Assembly (NCBI GenBank): GCA_028534125.1
Contig: CM052816.1
Location: forward strand, 70,930,001 to 70,994,000
Source of the DNA: Lama glama
Lineage: Eukaryota
Direction: 5' to 3'
DNA: 64,000 nt
The notes under the pieces were generated by a model that made no database searches, was not told the origin of the DNA, and saw only the letters and a list, made by a program, of their open reading frames with translations. A program made the translations under genes and the position numbers. Positions 37,770 to 49,785 of the stretch are shown here, piece after piece (the first letter of the stretch is position 1; each line of letters starts with the position of its first letter).

Positions 37770-38162
37770 ACCTCTCTGGCACTGTGGTTTATGGAGTATC
37801 AGTTACCTATTGTGGTCCTTAAAGAGTTTATTTATCTATCTAATGCCTATGTAGGAATAAAACAGATTTGTGGCGTCTCTGTCTTTTGAAGAGGATGATG
37901 TTTTGTTGGAGTTCTGCAGGTGCTCTGGTTGGCTGAGTGGGTCTGTGGATGTGAGTCTTCTTGTATTAGTGGGAGAGGGTGAGCTATGAGCGTCCTTCTA
38001 CTCCACCATCTTGGCCTCCTCCTCCTCAACAGCATATTATATTGTCTGAGTGACACATGAATACTGTGAGGTAAGTACAAAAAGGCAGATTAATATTTGT
38101 GTTTTACATGACAGAGCAGGCCCGTAATAGAGATGGAGGACTCTATCAGCCTTCTGGGCAGC

Positions 38163-38199
38163 AGTGGTGGTGATGATGGTGGTGGTGGTGGTGGTGGTG
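38163..38199. repeat. (GGT)n/(GAT) trinucleotide repeat
   Basis: Read directly. Confidence 0.9.
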
Positions 38200-39034
38200 A
38201 GTTTGAAGAAGGCAGGAGTTTTACAGTTCATCAGAGGTGATTATTTCTGGAGCACAGAGCTGAAGTTAAGGTATTAATTGACCTAGGTCATGTATTTCAT
38301 CAGTGACAGAACCTGATCTTGAACTTGGACCTTTAGACTTCTATTCTAGCTTGGAACTCTGCTCTCTTAAAGTGCATCTGTAGGATCTTAATATGTCTGC
38401 TCTTTGCAGTGTGTTCTCCACTGTTAACGCCAAGGTTGGGTTCAGCTGAATGATATCAGTTCTACAGAGATTCATCCATGTGGCTTTAGGGTCTTGGAAA
38501 GATGGCTAAGAAGCATTGCATTACACGAGTGAATAACATTAATCTATTATTTTCGAATTCATTTTGCAGAGTTTAAAAGAGTGTAAATAAGACATGGACC
38601 TCTTTGTAAAACCTGTTGTTTTGTACTGAAATAAATGCTGAAGAGTTTAGAGAATGCAGCTCATATATTTGTTAAACAGAAAGAGTGAGTTAAAAAGTGT
38701 AGAAGTATAGACAATAAGAAATATTTAGGTGATAGACTCATTCAAATAACTGTAACCTGATTGACTCTTGAAATTTATGGAACTAAAGAGAGGGCACCTG
38801 CCATTTATCAGTGGGCAGAGTTTCTTACAAAGCAGACAAGATGAATCCCTCAAAACAAGGTATGAGGAGCAATGGTAGGAAAAAAGTCAAACTATACAGG
38901 TGCTGACTTTTAATTTTAATCAGCTAGCAGGTGTTTTTTGCATAGGCATTAATTGATTTTTTTAAGTTAAAGAAAAGGACTAGAAAACTCTGTTTATTAT
39001 TTTAAAACTTAGATCAGTAGATAAGCATCTAAAT

Positions 39035-39271
39035 AAGGGATTGGTGAATTTTTTTTTCTCTGAAGGACCAGATGGTAATAAGTATTTTTCGCCTTATGTG
39101 GGTCATGTGTTTTCTACTGTAACAACTCAGATCTGCCATTGTAACTCCAAAGTAGCCATAGACCCTGTGTAAGTGAATGAATGTGGCTGTTTTCAATAAA
39201 ACTTTATTTAAAAAATAAGAAGTGGACCAGATTTTACTTGCCAATCATGACCGCAGTTTGCCCAACCCCTA
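39035..39271. mobile_element. MER58A hAT-Charlie DNA transposon
   Basis: 'caactcagatctgccattgtaactccaaagtagccatagac...gaatgtggctgttttcaataaaactttattta...gcagtttgcccaacccct'; degenerate 8-bp flanks atctaaat/gtctaact. Confidence 0.85.
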
Positions 39272-41339
39272 GTCTAACTCTTTATTAGTCTTGATTCTTA
39301 ACTAATACTGGAAAGCCATAAGTAAAGTTCTGGACAATAAAAGCATCTTTTTTCTCCTTGTGCCAATTATTTCCCTTTTAAAAGTTCTATGAATGCCAAC
39401 CTTATCTATCAATAAAGTTATAAGCATACTGAATAGAAAATAATCAAATATTTATTGTGTGATACTAGGAATACAGTTGAAAAAGAAATACCCACTTAGA
39501 GGGTCATTAGCTCAAAACATTATTTCTATTAAAAATATATATCAGGATGACTGAAACCACACATACTGTATTTTTCTGAGTATTTAGTAAGGAATCAACT
39601 AGTAGTTCTGTGTCATACTTAGAATATGGAATAATACCCATATGCAGTCATAATGCGGCTGAAAAAAGGAGACTAGGATTAATTTTGCCCTTCTCATGTG
39701 CAACTAGAGCATATTGGAATCAGTATCCTCATCAGTTACCCACAACACCTGTAATAGGTGTGTGTGAATATGTGTGTGTTTGTATATTTATGTATAATGT
39801 ATAACCTTATATATAAAAACACTCCCACTCACATAGCTGAAGCAATAACCTAGTTAGACAAGTGGTAATTCCATAGGGATTTTCTTTTCCTACCTAATTG
39901 GACACAGATTTTGCACAAATTTTATGAAAAAAAAACTTACATGTGTTTTCTGAATTTAGAATGGCAAATAATAAACCAAAAAAAATCCATAGTCATCTCA
40001 AATCAAATGTGGCTAAAGACATGATTCTAAAATGACAGTGTAGGAAAAGCAAGATGTAAGGTCTAAAGGCCTGTATTTCAGAGTATACAAGGCTTATTAC
40101 TCTGGGTCTGTTTTCTATCAAATGCTTCCCTACTCATTCTCATTCATTTTTCAATTTGGCATTCCTTTATATTGCCAAAGCAGGTGCCTTGCTCGCAATA
40201 GCAGGAGTATATGTTTCAAAAGGTCCCATGGAGAATAATTTATCATGCAAGATTACTTCATGACTAATGATGATCTCTATAAACATTCAGGTGCTATTTG
40301 ACTGCCTGGTTGGTGGTGGTCCAACCTGGTGACAGTCAGCATATGTTTTATCTCATCTTGCCTTACACATTCTCAATGTAGTCTAATATACGTTGGAAAG
40401 AAGCTCTGGGATGTCATAGAGAATAAAATGATGAATAGAAGTAATTTTATTTACTACAAATTACTACAAATAAAACATTGAACGTAGGACTTTATCATCT
40501 CTGGTTTTATCAGTGACATAGGAGGTCTTTTTGAAGCTGTATTCCAAACCTGATGTATTAACTGCTGGACACTGTAAGATAACAAGGATATCATTCTAGC
40601 CAAGTTTAGGACTGGGAATGTAGGTTGGGAGGAGGAAACTTGTAAAATTAATATGCTCTCTAGCTAAAGCTTCAAAGCTACAGATAATAATGCATGTGAA
40701 ATTCTGTGTACAGTGTAAGCACTATATGAATATGAGGTGTTTTTATATTACTGTAATATTTAAACCATATGTTTTTATTAGGTAAATATTTTAAACAACC
40801 TAGGTTTATCTTTTTGAAGTTTGATTATCAGCTCTAGTCATTTTGAGCTCATTAAACATCATCAGCAAAGGAGCAAACACGTAAAGCAGATGTGTTTCTA
40901 ACCTAAAAAACAGAGTATATTTTGATATTGGCATGTACAGCAGAACAAAATACAACTTATAAAGTGTTCTGAAACTAGATATTTTTACTTCTGAGTATAT
41001 TTAAGTAAAAATAACAGTTTAGTAGAAAAAATTTGAATTCTACACAATTTCCAGAAATATATCTAAAGTTAATAGATTTTAGGTTGCAGATAAGTCACTA
41101 TGGAAATATTTTAATCAAAATAGAAACATTCTCCACCACCATCTCCTTATGATGTCCAGCATAGTCCGGCGACCTATGCAAGCAAATAAAATGAAGTTTT
41201 CAGTTTTCCACATTTTTGGGAGAAGGATTAGTGTTTTTCTACATGATTGAAATCTATAAGTTCATTATTTCTTCCCTCTTTCCATTTTTATATATTGAAA
41301 TTACAAAGCTCATTAACACTTTGTAATAAATAGGAGAAT

Positions 41340-41590
41340 TGCAGTTATGAGCACTGATGTAGTAATTAGCCTGCCTGGCTGTGGGCCCTAGCTCTCCTAC
41401 ACCAGCTACTTCATCTTGGGCAAATGACTTGGTGTCTTTGTCCCTCAACTGCTTCAACTGTAAACTAGGGGTAATATAGTGTCCACTTTCTAGGATGATT
41501 CTCAGCATTAGAAATAATGCATGTAAAGAATTGGCAATGATTTCTGATATACAGATGTATTCCACAATTATTTTATGTTAATATTATTAT
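41340..41590 (+). mobile_element. MIR SINE
   Basis: 'cctagctctcctacaccagctacttcatcttgggcaaatgactt...ctgtaaactaggggtaatatag'. Confidence 0.75.
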
Positions 41591-41699
41591 CCTTTTTATT
41601 TATTTTAAAATATGCATTCAAGCTTTGAAAAAAAAATAGCATCAGAGCTTGGCAACTGTGATGAGCTGTTGTGTTGCAGCAAGTGTTAAGTTCCACACA

Positions 41700-41818
41700 A
41701 ACTTGATTTAGTGTCTGCCTCATTCACCACAGCCACTCCAGGACCCAGGACAGTGTCTGACATGCAGGGTACACTCAATACCTGTCAAATGCATGAACAG
41801 ATGAATGCATTAATGAAC
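41700..41818 (+). mobile_element. LINE-2 3' end
   Basis: 'cccaggacagtgtctgacatgcagggtacactcaata...atgcatgaacagatgaatg'. Confidence 0.7.
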
Positions 41819-42109
41819 CTGACCTCAAGGTCAAGGGAAAGCATTGGGTTGTTTTGCAAGGAAGCGTCTATAAACGAAGCAGTAAACTAAGGCCAGCTTT
41901 ATCTCCAGTGCCTCCTGTCACTGGGTCCCTACTGTTTTGGCCTTGGCAGTTTGCCTTATTGTTGAGTAAATGTTCTAATGGCATTCCACTATTTCAGAAT
42001 CTTATTTATAAACTTCCGCTTTGACTTTCACAGCCAAGTTTGAGAACCTGGAATAAGTAGGACATGGTTTAAGACAAGAGATATGTGCGTATCTCCAGAA
42101 CACTAATGC

Positions 42110-42520
42110 TAATTCTAATAGCACCTATGTGTATCTACTACTGTATACTAGGTATATAAATACATATTCTCATTTAATCCTCATGCAAATCCTGCAAGGT
42201 AATTATCACCATTGTACATAGAATAAAAAAAGTGAACACTGCAGAAGATTAAATATATTTGCTGAGATCGTACAGCTCATTAAGTATCAACCACCACTAC
42301 TAGCTAGTATCTTTGCTAAGTGCCAGACATTCTTCTATGTCTTCTATGTGTGTGTATTCACTTGCAACACTATGATGTAGGTAATATTATTATACTTGGA
42401 GAAACTGAGGGTAAGAAAGACTAACTAGATGCAGGTCACACACTTGATAAATGGTACAGCCAGAATTCAAATCTAGGCAGTTGCACTATCAAATTCGCAT
42501 ACTTAACCACTACAATACAA
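42110..42520 (-). mobile_element. Two tandem MIR fragments
   Basis: 'tctcatttaatcctcatgcaaatcctgcaaggta' and 'gagaaactgaggg...ggtcacaca...gccagaattcaaatctaggcag'. Confidence 0.75.
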
Positions 42521-43569
42521 GATTTTCCACTGTGAGGTCAGTATTAAAACTGACTTATGTTTTAAAAATAAAGTCTATTGTTTTATGGTGAAATTCAACC
42601 TTGATTTCAGTAACAAATATATTATGGAATTTAAAATATGTATTCCCTTTTCCATTTTGGGTATGGAATCTTTGCAAAGGCAATTTAGAGATAAATGGAA
42701 TATAAAGATGAGGTTACATTATTACATTATTTAGTTTTCTTGTACATTATTACATTTATTATTTTAAAATTTAACCTGAAGTTAAATCATAATGGTTAAA
42801 AATTTCACTGTAGTAAGCATGAAGGCCTTTCTATATGGTATTCCCAGCAATACCATATCTAAAGTTAGGAATGTAGGTAGTGTTCTTTGACAGACACTTT
42901 TAGTAAAGAAACTAAATGAAATGAGTATATGACATAAAATTGCACATAACTTGCACCTTTTACTTAACCACTGCTCTATATAGAAAACTATCTCTGCACT
43001 ACTTCTACTCATCACCTTGTTTTGCTGACACACAGTAGTCTTTTTATTTACAAATGTAGAGTTCTGTAAAATGAAATACTCCTTTTATGAGGATGCTTAA
43101 CTTCATTCATATGTCTTAGAGTTTAGGTTAAACAATAATTTAGTTCAATTTGGGATTAACATCCTTATGAGAGATCACAAGGAACTAAGGGAAATAAAGT
43201 AAAATTGTGTTTACCAAATCATCTGGGTTTGGATAAGGGATTTATATGTTTAATTACATTTAAATTTTTTTTATTATTTTAAAATAAAATTTTAACTCTT
43301 TTTATACAGTGAAATTAACCTTTGGGTAGAGCCCAATTCAAGGATTGAGAAAGGGTAAACACTTTCTATCTAGAAAATTAAGGTTAAATGGTTAAACATC
43401 CAAAACATCTTTTAGTGTGATATGGGGTATAATGTAATTCCCCCCCTAAATTGTCACTGGCCATGCTTAAGGTTGATGAAAGAAGGTTGGGAAAATCTCA
43501 AGGTACCAACAATCAATAAGTGTTCCCCAAAGTAGGACTGCGTAGCTCAAAAAAAGTTACTTAAAAAGA

Positions 43570-43770
43570 AATTTGACATAAATTAGATACTTACATTAAA
43601 TGTTATAACCCGATAAAGTAAGCATTATTATTCCCATTCTACAAATGAGCAAATAAAGTCTTTGAGATACTGTAACTTCCCATTGGATCCATAGCTAGAC
43701 GTGGTGGAGCTGGCATCTAATTCCAGGCCCTCTTTACTCAACAGCTGCAACTATTTATACCACATTATAT
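43570..43770 (-). mobile_element. MIR SINE
   Basis: 'attattattcccattctacaaatgagcaaa...gtggtggagctggcatctaattccagg'. Confidence 0.7.
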
Positions 43771-43779
43771 TGTGTTGGC

Positions 43780-44230
43780 ACACCAGGCAGCTGCATTCAT
43801 TAACTATGTAAATGAACACATTAATTGAGCATAAATTATGTGGCATCAAGTCATGATACGTTCTTTAGATGGGGAAATTAAACAAGATACTCTAGTTCCT
43901 GCTCTCAAGGAATTCAAATCTAGGAAAAGAAAAAGTTTCTTGAACAGATACAAAGCAGCAAGATCAGTGTAACAGCAGCGGTGATCGCACCATGGAGTGA
44001 GAGCATAGAGGTCAAATAAGCCGTCTTAAATGGTGAGTTGAACATTTTTTTCAGGTAGACCCCAGGGAAAAAGATTTTCCATGCAAGGAAAACGACATGT
44101 AAAATCATGAAACATGGGATCACATGGTCTATTAGGAAACAGCAAGTGACTGACCATTCCTGGGCTGGTATAGAAGCAGTATAGTGAGGTGGATAAAATT
44201 ATGGGCTCTTTGTAGTCATGACAGCAATCA
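43780..44230 (-). mobile_element. LINE-2 3' fragment
   Basis: 'ttaattgagcataaattatgtggc...gttcctgctctcaaggaattcaaatctagg' resembles antisense L2. Confidence 0.65.
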
Positions 44231-44464
44231 CTGAACATTGTATTTATTACTATGTTTTTCCCCATTTTCCAGCAGAAGAATGTCCAGTATCTTTACAGCA
44301 ATAGTAGAGACTCTTCATCCTCTGTCCCTTGCTTACATACTCCAAGTTACCTCCCACTGCTCTCTTTATTGATAAAGATCTATCCTTTTTCCATAATAAT
44401 GATATTAGGGAGTGCTTACTATGAGTCAATCATCCTTTTAAGTACATAAAACATACTAATCATT

Positions 44465-44830
44465 TTTTCTTTTTTTTTTGAAGCAATTTTAAACTTACAG
44501 AAAGTCGCATGAGAAAAGTACAAAACAAAACTTTATACCCTTCATCCAGAGTCCCCATGCAAGTTTTGATAACCAATCCTATGTGCTGTTTATAGGAAAA
44601 TTATCCATTTGAGGGTCAAGCATCACCTCTTGCCATGTTTCTCTAGTCTCCTTCAATATAAAACATTTCCTTTGTCATTCTATGATTTTCACAACCTTTA
44701 TGTTATGGAATTAAAGGGTCTTATTTTGTAAGTGCCCATCATTTGGGTTTTTCTGATGTCTCCTCATGATTAATTGCATGCTATTCATTTTGGGGCGGAA
44801 TATTGCAGTGGTACTGTTTTCTTATGTGAT
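44465..44830 (-). mobile_element. Ancient L1 3' UTR fragment (L1MC-like)
   Basis: 'aattttaaacttacagaaagtcgc...tatacccttcatccagagtcccc...catgtttctctagtctccttcaat...tttgggtttttctgatgtctcctcatgatta'. Confidence 0.75.
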
Positions 44831-46554
44831 AAAATGATGCTTTGGAAGCAAGAAGCTAGTATGAAATATTTCCACTACATTTCATGATTCAGTCACTATT
44901 GGTATTTGATTCTACACTTCACATGATTTACTAACAGTCTGTCTCTATAACTGGGAAATGGTGAAAACACTTCAAGAGTAATGGCATATAATTTACCTAC
45001 TGGGAAACCTCATACAATTCTCTGTGTAGAGCAAGTACTCAATATGAAGCTATCAAATTTATCAAAAGAAATTGAGATGAACTTTAGCCACTTGGATAAC
45101 TTTACAAAAGAGCAATTCTGGAAGAGGATGGCAAAGAATAGAAATTAAGGGAGAAATGTTTTAAGAATTTGAATTCAAAAGAGGAAAGTGAGAGGAGACA
45201 GGATTTTTAGATCTTTTGGGGAATGTCTTGGAGAAGGGTAAAGAAGGAAGCACTTTGAGGCTGTCTCATTTGCTTCTGGAGAGAAAATGAATTAAATGTT
45301 TTACTGGCAGTCTGAAAAGTGATAATTTACTTAACTTTAAAAACTATCTCAGGATGTAAATATTATTATGTTCTCATTTTAGACAAATAAGTTATGACAA
45401 ATTAAGTATCTTGCCTAAAGTCATGCAACCAGAGTGTGGCCGACTCAAAGTTCCAAACTGGTGAACCTCTCATTTTAGTGCCCTAGTTCTCTGCAGGGGG
45501 CTTTAAGCTACATTTAAGATCACTTGTAGTTCAGAATCATAGGATTAATGAATCTGAATGAATTGTACTTATGAGAACAGGGAAGAGAAGTGGGAACTGA
45601 GGGAGAAGGTCATATCTCAAAGAGACTGCACAGTTTGTTATTCACAGGGTCCTTTAAATTAAGATGAAAACCTTACAGCAAAAATTGTAGTGCTAGATAG
45701 AGGAAGGGGGTGGGAGGGAGAGCAAAGAAGCAGTGGTAGTTGTAGTAGCTACCAAGGGTGCCTGCTGTGTAGCATTGCTTTATATTATATGTAATATCTG
45801 CTTACATTTTTTTTAATCTGGAAGCAATTCCTATCTTTTTAGATTTGGGACTGCATTTAACTACTAATGGCTTTCATGTAAGCCTCTGGCATTTGAGATG
45901 AGATGGATGGACTAGAAAAATTTTCCTCTCTTTTAAAATTCTCCCCACAGAATGACCTTTAGGGCTGTGGTTCGGTTTTAATGGCAGGCAGGATATAGCT
46001 GCTCTCATCCGTGTCAAACATCCAGGAATTGTTATTGTTTTCTCTCTCCATTATCATTTAGACAATCAATACGTATTTAGGTTCTTTAGTAAATAAGTCA
46101 ATGATTCCAAGCCTTCACCATTGTTTGAACTCACTCTAGTTTATGTCTTTCTGGTAATGAAAGGATGAAAAACAATCATATGGTTTTCCAGAAACAGATC
46201 ATTAGTTGTGTAAGAGAAGGATTATCACCTTCTTTCATATGGTGTAGTACCTTTTTGAACCCCACTCAAAATAGTTTGTGTGTGTATGTGTATAGTGTAA
46301 TAAAAATGTGTTTAATAATACCATACTGATGATTATTACAGATTTATCTCCTAATGGTCATCTATTTGTTTTTCCTCTTGTGTGTCTTTGCTTCTTTCTT
46401 CCCCCACACCAGTGATGAGGGGAGAAGATAAGTATTAGCATGTGCTTAATATAATAGAATTCCCAAAGTATGCTTAGGGCAAGAATAAAGTAGATGTTTA
46501 AACACAAAATTGGTTTGAGAAAAAATGTAAACTACAGTATAAGTCAAATGTGGA

Positions 46555-47040
46555 ATATAATTAACTTTTGCTGCTATAAAACTTACCCAAAAGCTAATAA
46601 TTTAAAATATAGTTTTCTATTTCACAATTTTGTAGAATGATGATTTTGGCTGGCCTCTGCTGGGCAGTTCTTTTGGTCTGGGATCAGCTTGGTTGATCTC
46701 AGCCTGACTCATTAATGCATCTCTCAGCAGCTGGCTGCTTGGCTGTGAGCTGGCTGGTGTATGATGTCCTTGCTGTGACAGTTGGGGTGACTGGGGTTTC
46801 TCACCTTTCAGCAGGCTAGGCAGGTATTCATATGATGGCAGCATTACAGAGCCATATGAAGTTACACACCAATGGACAAGTCCTTTTCCCATTCATTGTC
46901 TTATATCACATTTGTCAAACTGTCAGGTATGCTGTTACCCATGGGCTTAAGCAAGTGCCATGGCCAAGCCTAAAGTCACTGTGGGAGAGCAACCACCAAA
47001 GTGTGAGGATAAAGGGGAGATGTGAACAGATTTACTATAT
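46555..47040 (-). mobile_element. MaLR LTR (MLT1G/H-like)
   Basis: 'ctctgctgggcagttcttttggtctggg...cagcaggctagg...aagcaagtgccatggccaagcctaaagtca'. Confidence 0.75.
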
Positions 47041-47529
47041 TAAATATGGCGAATTTGTGAAAGTTATACAAATGCCCAATATAGGCAACATATTATATAT
47101 AATTATAAATAGCAGTATTTCAGAAATTATGATCAAACCACATTCTACCATTCTGGTAAACTAAGAAGTGATTTAGAAAAAAATTTTTTGCTATTTTTCA
47201 AGTTTTCTGCAACTGTTAGAGATTAAAATGTTTGAAGAACTGTAAAGAATCTAAGTGAAATATAAACTATAACCTTGCCTTGAAAAACTGTATCATCTTT
47301 GGGGACTGATAAGAATGATACACTTAAGCAAATGTAAACATTTACAATAAAAATTAGTCATGAAACTTTTTTTTAATTTATTAGAAATAGACTGTAATGT
47401 GTATATTTTGAGGAAAATAGTATGCTTTCCTCTGCTGCCTTTCTAAATACATGGCATTGTTTCTATTCTATTGATATCTGTATCAATCACAATAGATTAA
47501 TTGTTAAGAAAATAGGCAATTTTAGGAAA

Positions 47530-47885
47530 TTTAATACTTGTAAGATGAGAAGTTAAACAGAGTGCTGGAACAACCATAGATTAGTGAAGTGTACCATCTG
47601 GGGCTAAAGGAATAAAAGCTAGAGAAGATATTATCTTGATTTAGAAGTCTGGTCTTTCTGGAAAGAGCTAGAACCATACCAGGGATTGCTGATGTAGGGA
47701 AGAAAAGAAGATACCAAAGAATATGTTGGGGAAGAGAGGGCATTGTACCCTGATTTTCCCTGCCTTCTGTTCTCCAGTTGCCTGTCAGTGCTCCCATTTG
47801 ACTAAACTTCGCCAAATGTCAAGGGAGCTTGGGAAACTGTAGAAAAGGGAGAGGAATGGATATGGGACCAAATAGGCAATGAGGT
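47530..47885. mobile_element. Degraded old LTR (family uncertain)
   Basis: 'ctccagttgcctgtcagtgctcccatttgactaaac...agggagcttgggaaactgtag' resembles ancient ERV LTR motifs. Confidence 0.4.
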
Positions 47886-49489
47886 AACTATTCTTCTACG
47901 TGGACTTTAGCAGGAATAAGGGAATGAGAACAGAATTCCATTACAGGAGAAGTACAAGGAGTAAGAAGATACAGATTTTCAGCCTTTGACGTACAAAGTA
48001 GACTTATGCAGCATGACAGAATTCTTGTAAGCTGGGCCAAGGTATGAAGAGGTTTTCCGGGCTCCATTATCTTTTCCTTTAGCTTACTGAGGGTCAAATC
48101 TTGAGAATGTAGCCCTAGAATTTTCCAGCATCGTAGAGACTGTTACTGTTGTTGTGTATTATGATTTACCTATGATGTTGAGGTTGGAAGAAAGGAGGAT
48201 ACATCAGAGCAGAGTCACTAAAACAGAAGCCTATCTCATTCCTGCCCTGTTCCAGGACTCCAAGAGGAAGTCCAGAAAACTGGGAGTCAGAATATGTACG
48301 GACCATGATGTGCCTTGATCTATCAGTATGTAGCTGCTCTGGATTCCTCTTCCCCCTCAAGTCGCAGGGATTGTTGAGACAGAACCCAAGAGTGGTTGAG
48401 AATCTGTGTTTGAAGCTCACCAGAGGAAGCTCTTAAGTGGGGGTGAAGTTGGTGAGTGCACCCTATGTACCAAGGCCAGAGTGACTCAAAGGAGACCTAA
48501 GAGCTATCATAAACAGCAACGAAGACCAAAGGGAAGAATTTTCCATAAGGGTGTGTGCCATCGTACCAAACCCAAGCCCAGAGAGACACAGCCATGATGT
48601 ATACCAAAAAGAGACTTTCAGTAAACCAGTAATCAGGCAGGCAGCACTCAGATGAAGAATACATTTGTTCATGCACTCTATATATATTAGAGAAAGAGAG
48701 AGAGAGCGAGAGTGAGAGCAAAAATTAAAGGCAAATTTAATCTTTTAGATGAGACTAAATTTCAGACTGAATAACACATGTAATTCCCACACCTCCTTAA
48801 CCATGGTCTGGTGAAGAAGGTGAGAAAACATATAAAAATAAATACTTTTCCTGTATGTTAGAATTTTGATATGAGTAAAGACAGACAGATACATCACTGT
48901 TTTATGATTTTTAATCAATATATATTATATTTGTTTATTCCTTTAGCCACCAGTTTATTTTTTTCCACAGATGAGGTACTTACAAGCATAACATAAGTAA
49001 AATACTTTATAGGATAATCTCACTTCTCAGAGACTATAAACAAACAGTAATAGTCAGTTTCCTAGCTTGAATAAACTGGATAAATGATAGTACCATTTAC
49101 TGAGAAAGAAAAGCAAAAGGGTATGATATTTGGATGGCCTATGTTTGCACGTTTGGTTTCCAGTGGGAAACATCATGTAGGTTACGGGACTTACAGTTCT
49201 AAAAATGTTAGGATGGGGTTCTAACTCCCAGGATTAACAACTGGTGACTGTTCAAGATTTTCATTTATTTAGACTTAAAGTGGTTTCATCAAAAATAGTG
49301 AATTGATCAAGGCTGTTTAATTCCAAGGGGTGCACTAGCACTGAATTTAATGCTTTGATCTTTTTGTTAGACAATTTAATCATATCTGCTTTTAAGATAT
49401 ATATCTTATTGATTTTTCTTTTGGTGCAATGCAATGCTTGCTGATGTCTCTTTGTATTCTGTGCCCTCTAACCATAGACCCTTGGACTG

Positions 49490-49785
49490 GCTGCCCCCAC
49501 CCCATCCCTCCAGATCTTTCTCTCACTCCCTATTGTCAGCATAGTTTTCATGTTTCTGAAGGAATCCTATCCTACTTTCCTCATAGAGATGATGCTCCTT
49601 ATCAAACCCTCAGAGCATAAGATACCTTTCTTTGGTGGTATTCACCATACTTGCAGTGTTACTCTTTTTGTGTTTATTTGACTAATATCTTACTCCCTGT
49701 TAAGAATATTGTAGTCACCTTGTTCTCCTTCAATACCAAATTCAGAGTCTAACACATAGCAGTGCTCAATAAATAGTTACAAAAG
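49490..49785 (+). mobile_element. LINE-2 3' end
   Basis: 'tcaccttgttctccttcaatacc...tctaacacatagcagtgctcaataaatagtt'. Confidence 0.65.

Larger units (their letters stand above)
36180..38025 (-). mobile_element. Young cetartiodactyl-type (likely camelid) LINE-1 with both ends present and an interior assembly gap
   Basis: 5' end GGAGGAGGCCAAGATGGTGG; ORF1 N-terminal half; ORF2 C-terminus; 3' UTR and A-tail; 15-bp TSD TCAACAGCATATTAT at 36165-36179 and 38026-38040. Confidence 0.93.
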
